Below, piece by piece: positions 58,340 through 64,000 of a DNA stretch of 64,000 nucleotides. The notes beneath the pieces were generated by a model. That model saw only the letters and a program-made list of their open reading frames with translations, did no database searches and was not told where the DNA came from. Source of the DNA: Cyclobacteriaceae bacterium (GTDB taxonomy: Bacteria > Bacteroidota > Bacteroidia > Cytophagales > Cyclobacteriaceae); assembly GCA_965212195.1 (NCBI GenBank), contig CBDBUW010000012.1:193566-257565 (forward strand). The letters are read 5' to 3'. Every line of letters starts with the position of its first letter. The stretch's first letter is position 1. Position numbers and translations under genes: made by a program.

Positions 58340-59739
58340 AATCCGAAATACTCCTTGGCATTGTGGTAGCAAACATTTTGTACCAGTGAACCTACTAGAT
58401 GGTAATCTTCAGGGATCAACCCTTGTTGCATTTCGGTTCCTAACAGGTTACACAACAATCTGCGGAAATATTCATGCCTGGGATAAGAAAGAAAACTTCG
58501 GGAATCGGTGAGCATGCCCACGAAGCAGCTCAAGAGCCCTATATTTGATAAGGCGTTCAATTGCTTTTGCATACCGTCCAACTGATCTAAGAACCACCAT
58601 CCGGAGCCAAACTGCATTTTACCTTTGAAACTACCATCATTAAAATTACCGATCATCGAGGCCAAGATCTCGTTGTCCGCCGGATTGAGGTTATATAGTA
58701 TGGTCTTAGTTAACTGGTCGCTTTGATCCAGTTTATCTAAAAACCGGCAAAGGGATTGGCCTTGGGGGAAGTCGCCAATGGAGTCAAAACCCGTATCAGG
58801 GCCCAGAGAATCAAACTTTCGGCTATTAGTATTGCGCATAGCCCCCAGATGGTACTGCTGGACCCACCCCTTGGCATGGTCCATGCGTGCCAATTCCAGT
58901 AATAAATGTGATCTTAATTTCAATGATTGATCTTGATTCAACGCCTGGCCTTGTAGCAATCTTAAAAAACTAGCATTAACCTCATCACCGGTGTAAGCTT
59001 GTGAGACCACTTGGGTAAGGCCCCGATCGGAAAGCTTGCATCCATGATCTGCAAAGTAATCATGGCGATTTTGCAGGGCATTGAGAAAATCGTCTAGATT
59101 GGAGATCTCAGTTTGTGTCAGTTCCGCCAATTTGCCTAGGTAATCTAAAAATCCTGTCACATTTTCCACGTTCAGGGCGTGATCTGGTCGCCAGGTGGGG
59201 TATACTTTAAAGCCCGGATCCTGCTGGGCCAATTGCTGATGATAACTTAAGTCGTCCAATGGGTCGTCGGTAGTGCACAGCACCTCCACCTTCATTTTCT
59301 TTAACAAGGACTGTGTGCTACAGGCCGGGGATTGCAACTGCTGGTTTGCTTCATCATAGATCCTGGGGGCTGTTTGTGGGTTTAAAAGCTGATCTACTCC
59401 GAAATAGCGGTTTAACTCCAAGTGGGTCCAGTGGTACAAGGGGTTCCTCAAAGTGTGGGGAGTGGCTTCAGCCCATTTTAAGAATTTTTCTTCATCTGTG
59501 GCGTCTCCGGTGATGTACTTTTCCTCAATCCCCAATGTGCGCATAGCCCGCCATTTGTAGTGGTCACCTTTTAACCATATTTCAGTTAGATTCTGGAATT
59601 GATGGTTTTCAGCTATTTGCCGGGGTGGTAGGTGGTTATGATAGTCAATTATGGGTAATGATTCGGCATAGTCGAAGTACAACCTCTCAGAGACAGCATT
59701 CTGCAATAAAAACGAGCGATTAAGAAAGGGCTTTACCAT
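58336..59739 (-). CDS. uxaC: glucuronate isomerase
   Basis: 467 aa. It has FLLQN..SERLY, IIDYHNHL, the KGDHYKWRAMR signature and WWFLDQ. Confidence 0.92.
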   Translation of the reverse strand: MVKPFLNRSFLLQNAVSERLYFDYAESLPIIDYHNHLPPRQIAENHQFQNLTEIWLKGDHYKWRAMRTLGIEEKYITGDATDEEKFLKWAEATPHTLRNPLYHWTHLELNRYFGVDQLLNPQTAPRIYDEANQQLQSPACSTQSLLKKMKVEVLCTTDDPLDDLSYHQQLAQQDPGFKVYPTWRPDHALNVENVTGFLDYLGKLAELTQTEISNLDDFLNALQNRHDYFADHGCKLSDRGLTQVVSQAYTGDEVNASFLRLLQGQALNQDQSLKLRSHLLLELARMDHAKGWVQQYHLGAMRNTNSRKFDSLGPDTGFDSIGDFPQGQSLCRFLDKLDQSDQLTKTILYNLNPADNEILASMIGNFNDGSFKGKMQFGSGWWFLDQLDGMQKQLNALSNIGLLSCFVGMLTDSRSFLSYPRHEYFRRLLCNLLGTEMQQGLIPEDYHLVGSLVQNVCYHNAKEYFGF

Positions 59740-59759
59740 ATACCTGCAATCTGTTAATT

Positions 59760-60947
59760 TTAGGTTAATCCATTGGTGATACCCAATTCTAAACCTCTTA
59801 ATTCTCCTAAACCTTTTAATCGGCCAATGGCGGAGTAACCTGGGAAAGGTACATCTTTCTGAAGGTCATCCAGCATTTGATGTCCGTGGTCAGGTCGCAT
59901 GGGAAGACGCCAGTCATCCCGGGATAAAGCATGCCGGCCTTTCATTTCCAATATTAGGGCTTTTAAAATGGCATACATGTCCAAGTTGCCATCCAGATGG
60001 TCGGATTCATAAAAACTGCCATGATCCTGGCGTATGATATTCCTTAAGTGTACAAAATGGATGCGGTTGCCAAATCTGCTAATAAGATCGAGCAGATCAG
60101 TACTTGCCTGTGGACCTAAGGAGCCACAGCAAAAAGTAATGCCGTTGGACTCTCGTTGGTCACAGTTCACTAGAAATTCAAAATCATCCGATGAATGCAT
60201 GATCCGAGGCATGCCGAACAAGGAATAGGGGGGGTCATCCGGATGGATGGCCAGTTTCACACCATGATCTGCTACGGCAGGTACTACTTGCTCCAGGAAA
60301 TATTGCAGATTGCGGCGATATTGACCTTGGCCCAAAACGCTGTACTCTGCTAATTGATCTTTAAATTTTTCTAGGGGAATCGTTTCTAGGGTTCCCGGTA
60401 CTCCCGCTAAAATAGTCTGTTGAAGTTGCAGCCTTAGATCTGTATCCTGAGTTTCCCAAAACTGCTGTGCTTCACCGCAAAGATCTTCTGAGTAGTGGCC
60501 TTCTGCACCAGATCTTTCCAGGAGAAATAAATCAAAAGCGGCCAAGGCCACCTGATCGAAGCGCAGCGCCAGGGCCCCTGTAGGGGTTTTGTAAGAAAGA
60601 TCAGTACGTACCCAATCCAGCAGGGGCATAAAATTATAACAGATCACTTTTAAGCCGCAATGGCTTAAATTCAACAGGGTCTGTCGGTATTTATCAATGA
60701 ACTCGTCCCTTTGCGAGGTACCCAATTTGATGGCTTTATGTACGTTGACGCTTTCCACTACCTCCCAACGCAAACCGGCTTTTTCAATCAGCGCTTTTCT
60801 TTCACGAATAGCTTCCAGTGGCCAAACTTCCCCCTGGGGGATATCATGCAGGGCACTTACCACCCCTGTAGCTCCCGCCTGCCGTATATGGGACAAGGGG
60901 ATTACATCCTTAGGTCCATACCAGCGCCATGATTGTAAAAAAGACAT
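59760..60947 (-). CDS. uxuA: mannonate dehydratase
   Basis: 395 aa with the N-terminal SWRWYGP signature, HPDDPP and FVHLRN. Confidence 0.9.
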   Translation of the reverse strand: MSFLQSWRWYGPKDVIPLSHIRQAGATGVVSALHDIPQGEVWPLEAIRERKALIEKAGLRWEVVESVNVHKAIKLGTSQRDEFIDKYRQTLLNLSHCGLKVICYNFMPLLDWVRTDLSYKTPTGALALRFDQVALAAFDLFLLERSGAEGHYSEDLCGEAQQFWETQDTDLRLQLQQTILAGVPGTLETIPLEKFKDQLAEYSVLGQGQYRRNLQYFLEQVVPAVADHGVKLAIHPDDPPYSLFGMPRIMHSSDDFEFLVNCDQRESNGITFCCGSLGPQASTDLLDLISRFGNRIHFVHLRNIIRQDHGSFYESDHLDGNLDMYAILKALILEMKGRHALSRDDWRLPMRPDHGHQMLDDLQKDVPFPGYSAIGRLKGLGELRGLELGITNGLT

Positions 60948-60949
60948 AT

Positions 60950-61771
60950 CTAAACTCCACTAAATGCACTAAAACCACCATCTACGGGAATTACTATGCC
61001 AGTGACAAAGTGAGAGGCATCGCTGCACAAATAATGGATGGCGCCATTCAGTTCCTCCGGCTCACCGAATCGACCATAGGGAGTATTACGTACAATGGCT
61101 TCTCCACGTGAGGTAAGCGAGCCGTCGGGGTTAGTGAGCAGAGCACGATTTTGATCTCCTATAAAAAATCCAGGGGCTACGGCGTTGACCCTGATGCCTT
61201 CGCCAAGTTTATGAGCCATTTCCACCGCCATCCAGCGGGTGAAGTTTTCGGCACCGGCCTTGGAGGCCGAATATCCGGCCACCCGGGTGATGGCCCGGGG
61301 AACAGCCATAGAGGAATAGTTCACTATGGTGCCTCTATTTTGATCGGCCATTATCTTTCCCAGAACAAGGGAAGGCAGTACGGTACCCTTTAAATTTAGG
61401 TCTGTTACTTGTTGAAAAGCGTCAATGGACATATCAAAAAAAGATTGATCCGGGCTTACTACTGCCCCCGGCTGATTTCCCCCAGCGACGTTCAATAGAA
61501 TATCCAATTGCCCATACTCCGACATTATGCGATCCTTAATCTCTTGCAAGGAGTTTTCCTGCAATACATCTCCTGGCAATGCTAAGCTAGTGCCCCCATT
61601 ACTATTGATGGCCTGGGAAGTGGATTCGATGGTGTTTTGGGTACGACCAACACAAACTACTTTTACCCCTTGGGCTCCCAGGTAGCGGGCCGCAGCTCCT
61701 CCCAGCGCACCACCGGCTCCGGTAATAACCGCTACTTTATTAGTAAGATCAAATAGGTTGTCCATATTCAT
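60950..61771 (-). CDS. SDR family oxidoreductase, probable D-mannonate/fructuronate oxidoreductase (UxuB-like role)
   Basis: It has the VITGAGGALG cofactor motif and a YSASK catalytic motif. The functional role is inferred only from its position between uxuA and the inositol genes. Confidence 0.6.
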   Translation of the reverse strand: MNMDNLFDLTNKVAVITGAGGALGGAAARYLGAQGVKVVCVGRTQNTIESTSQAINSNGGTSLALPGDVLQENSLQEIKDRIMSEYGQLDILLNVAGGNQPGAVVSPDQSFFDMSIDAFQQVTDLNLKGTVLPSLVLGKIMADQNRGTIVNYSSMAVPRAITRVAGYSASKAGAENFTRWMAVEMAHKLGEGIRVNAVAPGFFIGDQNRALLTNPDGSLTSRGEAIVRNTPYGRFGEPEELNGAIHYLCSDASHFVTGIVIPVDGGFSAFSGV

Positions 61772-62823
61772 TTGCTATTGGTGGAGCGGCCATCAAAATA
61801 GCCAGAATTTAACTCTAATCCATATTCAGTGGGAAAATTAACGGTCCGACTCTCCATAATAGATTTATGCGCTGCCTCCGCTAGCAAGTGGCTGAGCAAA
61901 CATTCCTGCAGGGAAACATTATGTTGCTCACCTCCTTGGATGCCTGCTAGAAAATGAAGCATTTCCGACCTATAAGCATCCTGGTATCGTTGGGGAAATG
62001 AATACCTGATGGGCTGTTTAAGGGTGCCCTGGGCCTGATGTAACTGCAGGGTATTGTCTCTTTGATTGTGAACGGTTAGCATACCTTCTCCGCCGAACAA
62101 CTCCAGTCTTTGATCGTAGCCATATACCGAACTTCTGCTGGTATCAATGGAGCAAATCAAGCCCTGTGGATATTGGATGGTCACCTGTACAGTGTCATGA
62201 TCCGGAATATCTCCTATTTGCTCGTCGTAGGCATGACCGCAGGCATAGACGGATTCAGGAATTCCCACGCCCAGGAGATGGATCAGCATATCAAAGTCGT
62301 GGATGAGCATATCATGAAAAATGTTGCCCGATATCTTTAAATACTCCAAAGCCGGTGGTGGATTATCACGGCTGCTGGCCTTTAATAGACGTATATCACC
62401 AATTTCCGGAAGATGCTGTTTGAGTGCCTGGAAATGGCGGTCATATCGACGCTGGAAGCCCAAGTAAAGACATTTGTCCTGCTGGCGGGCCAGCGCATAG
62501 CATTTTTGGATGTCCTCGGCAGATTTACCCAAAGGTTTTTCAGTAAAAACATGTCGACCGGAGGTTAGGGCCTGGTTGATGTGCTGAAAGTGCTTATCGG
62601 TAGGAGAGGAGACAATTACCGCATGTATACCAGGGTCTTCAAGGGCTTCTGATAGTTGCTTCATTGGTCGAATACCTAGTTCCTTTAAGGAAGCAGCATC
62701 TTCGACTGATATATCAGGATCGACAACCTGGGTGACCCTCATTTGATTGATGCTTTCCAGGCTTGACTGGTGGATCTTTCCAGCCCTGCCAAAACCCACA
62801 ATACAGATGTTCACTTGATGCAC
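61768..62823 (-). CDS. Gfo/Idh/MocA family oxidoreductase (inositol 2-dehydrogenase-like)
   Basis: It has the IVGFGRAGKIH Rossmann motif, the FTEKPL motif and GFQRRYD, which resemble IolG. Confidence 0.7.
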   Translation of the reverse strand: MHQVNICIVGFGRAGKIHQSSLESINQMRVTQVVDPDISVEDAASLKELGIRPMKQLSEALEDPGIHAVIVSSPTDKHFQHINQALTSGRHVFTEKPLGKSAEDIQKCYALARQQDKCLYLGFQRRYDRHFQALKQHLPEIGDIRLLKASSRDNPPPALEYLKISGNIFHDMLIHDFDMLIHLLGVGIPESVYACGHAYDEQIGDIPDHDTVQVTIQYPQGLICSIDTSRSSVYGYDQRLELFGGEGMLTVHNQRDNTLQLHQAQGTLKQPIRYSFPQRYQDAYRSEMLHFLAGIQGGEQHNVSLQECLLSHLLAEAAHKSIMESRTVNFPTEYGLELNSGYFDGRSTNSK

Positions 62824-62828
62824 GCCGT

Positions 62829-63683
62829 TCAGAAGTAGATTTCGTCGGGAAGGTATTTGGCCGCTAAATCTTCATAATAGGGCTTCAATTCTTCTACCTT
62901 GGGAGCCACCGGGGATTTAGTATACAGGTCGTAGGGGTTAAAGAGCTTTACCCATTTGAACATCTCCTGGTCTTTCTTATTCAGAAGGTGGTCATAGGCA
63001 TGTTCCCGATGCTGAGCATAAAAGGAATGATACCGGATCATATACAAGGCGGGCTCCGGCAGATAGTCCTTTAGTGCATGGTACAAATATTCATCATGGC
63101 CCCATGACATATGGACTTGATCGAGTCCACAATGTTTTTGGTATATCCCGTACTTGTGATTAAACCTGGGGTTTTGCTCATCAGGATTGTTCTTGAAGAA
63201 TTCGGGATAAACGATTTTATGGGAAAAAGCGCAGCCGACCGGGAAGGTGTCACCCACTACGGCCCACTGGGGCTCACCAAAAAGACATAGTATCTTTCCC
63301 AGATCATGAATAAATCCCGTAAGTATAAACCAGTCAGGATGGCCATCGGCCCGGATGGCTTCCGAAGTCTGTAGTAAATGCTGTGTTTGATCCAGGTCGA
63401 TATCCGGGTCGGAATCGTCCACTAAGGTATTCAAGAATTCCACCGCTTCCCAGAGCGTCATTTTTCGGCGTTCCAGTTTTTTAAACTCAGACTCTTTTTC
63501 CAATACAAAATCGAAGGTTTGATGGCAGTGGTTAAGCCGGTAGAATTCCCTCACGGTATCACGCTGAGGATTGTCATAGTTGCGATACTCTTCCTTGGCT
63601 TTGGTATCCGGTTTCGGGTATCTGGCTCTTAAGTGGTCTTCCCAAAGGTCTTCAATCGGCAAGCTATTTTTTGGGGACTTCAT
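62829..63683 (-). CDS. myo-inositol oxygenase (MIOX, HD-domain diiron oxygenase)
   Basis: Near-collinear with animal MIOX. Matching segments are [75 protein letters not shown] and [11 protein letters not shown] 63683 (MKSPKN) is preferred over the upstream in-frame ATG at 63779. Confidence 0.9.
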   Translation of the reverse strand: MKSPKNSLPIEDLWEDHLRARYPKPDTKAKEEYRNYDNPQRDTVREFYRLNHCHQTFDFVLEKESEFKKLERRKMTLWEAVEFLNTLVDDSDPDIDLDQTQHLLQTSEAIRADGHPDWFILTGFIHDLGKILCLFGEPQWAVVGDTFPVGCAFSHKIVYPEFFKNNPDEQNPRFNHKYGIYQKHCGLDQVHMSWGHDEYLYHALKDYLPEPALYMIRYHSFYAQHREHAYDHLLNKKDQEMFKWVKLFNPYDLYTKSPVAPKVEELKPYYEDLAAKYLPDEIYF

Positions 63684-63703
63684 GATTAATAATTTACGGC
63701 TTT

Positions 63704-64000
63704 CTATTGACCCAACCAAACGTATATGCCTATTATGATCACTACCAGGATGATACTCATGGGCTTGGTGTACTTCCACTGGTCCAGCTTAAGGACTCCC
63801 ATTTCATGGGGTTTAAAGGTGCTCTTTAGCGGATAGTATTTCGAAACGACTATCATTACTAGCACATTCAATACAAATTCTATTCCCCAGATATGTACGA
63901 AATGGATATTCACCGGGAAAATGAAAGTGGTAGTAATGTAGAAGACCAATCCAATAACTAACGCGGCTTTAGCTCCGGCTGCTGATACTTTAGGCATAAA
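63704..64000 (-). CDS. C-terminal fragment of a polytopic transporter, probably sodium:solute symporter family (partial, runs off window)
   Basis: The reading frame is open to the window edge. The last roughly 98 codons encode three hydrophobic helices. The family call is tentative and based on C-terminal topology and operon context only. Confidence 0.4.
   Translation of the reverse strand, partial: FMPKVSAAGAKAALVIGLVFYITTTFIFPVNIHFVHIWGIEFVLNVLVMIVVSKYYPLKSTFKPHEMGVLKLDQWKYTKPMSIILVVIIIGIYVWLGQ

Overview
This 64-kb segment is densely coding and looks chromosomal. The protein repertoire suggests an aerobic Bacteroidota of the Cytophagia type, but this is inference only. The supporting features are a DUF349 protein, a short RpoD-type sigma starting MRQVKI, a DUF5107-TPR protein, a PSCyt/DUF1549/DUF1553 + DUF1501 pair, and many Tat and lipoprotein leaders. 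I support about 52 CDS, one tRNA-Thr(UGU) with a clean intrinsic terminator, and several DNA repeats. I saw no rRNA, CRISPR array, transposase, integrase or phage gene. Most genes concern carbohydrate and organic-acid catabolism: galK, a fucP locus, GH2, an IorAB-type molybdoenzyme, a hydroxy-acid oxidation set with mhpDFE, fahA, and a uronate operon. The candidates I rank highest are: (1) a minus-strand operon joining a eukaryote-type myo-inositol oxygenase to UxaC/UxuB-like/UxuA, which would be an oxygenative inositol route that bypasses the classical iol pathway; (2) a divergent enolase paralog with substitutions at two normally invariant catalytic positions, translationally coupled to an MtnK/APH-like kinase; (3) a two-gene module of an 8-TM membrane protein and an enlarged, leaderless M19-type amidohydrolase, next to a secreted protein and lipoprotein pair of unknown family; (4) the function-unknown PSCyt/DUF1549/DUF1553 + DUF1501 pair with an (AT)12 tract upstream; (5) a recurring heptad-periodic AATTC-type intergenic element at three loci. 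All family calls come from motif recognition by eye. No database search was run.
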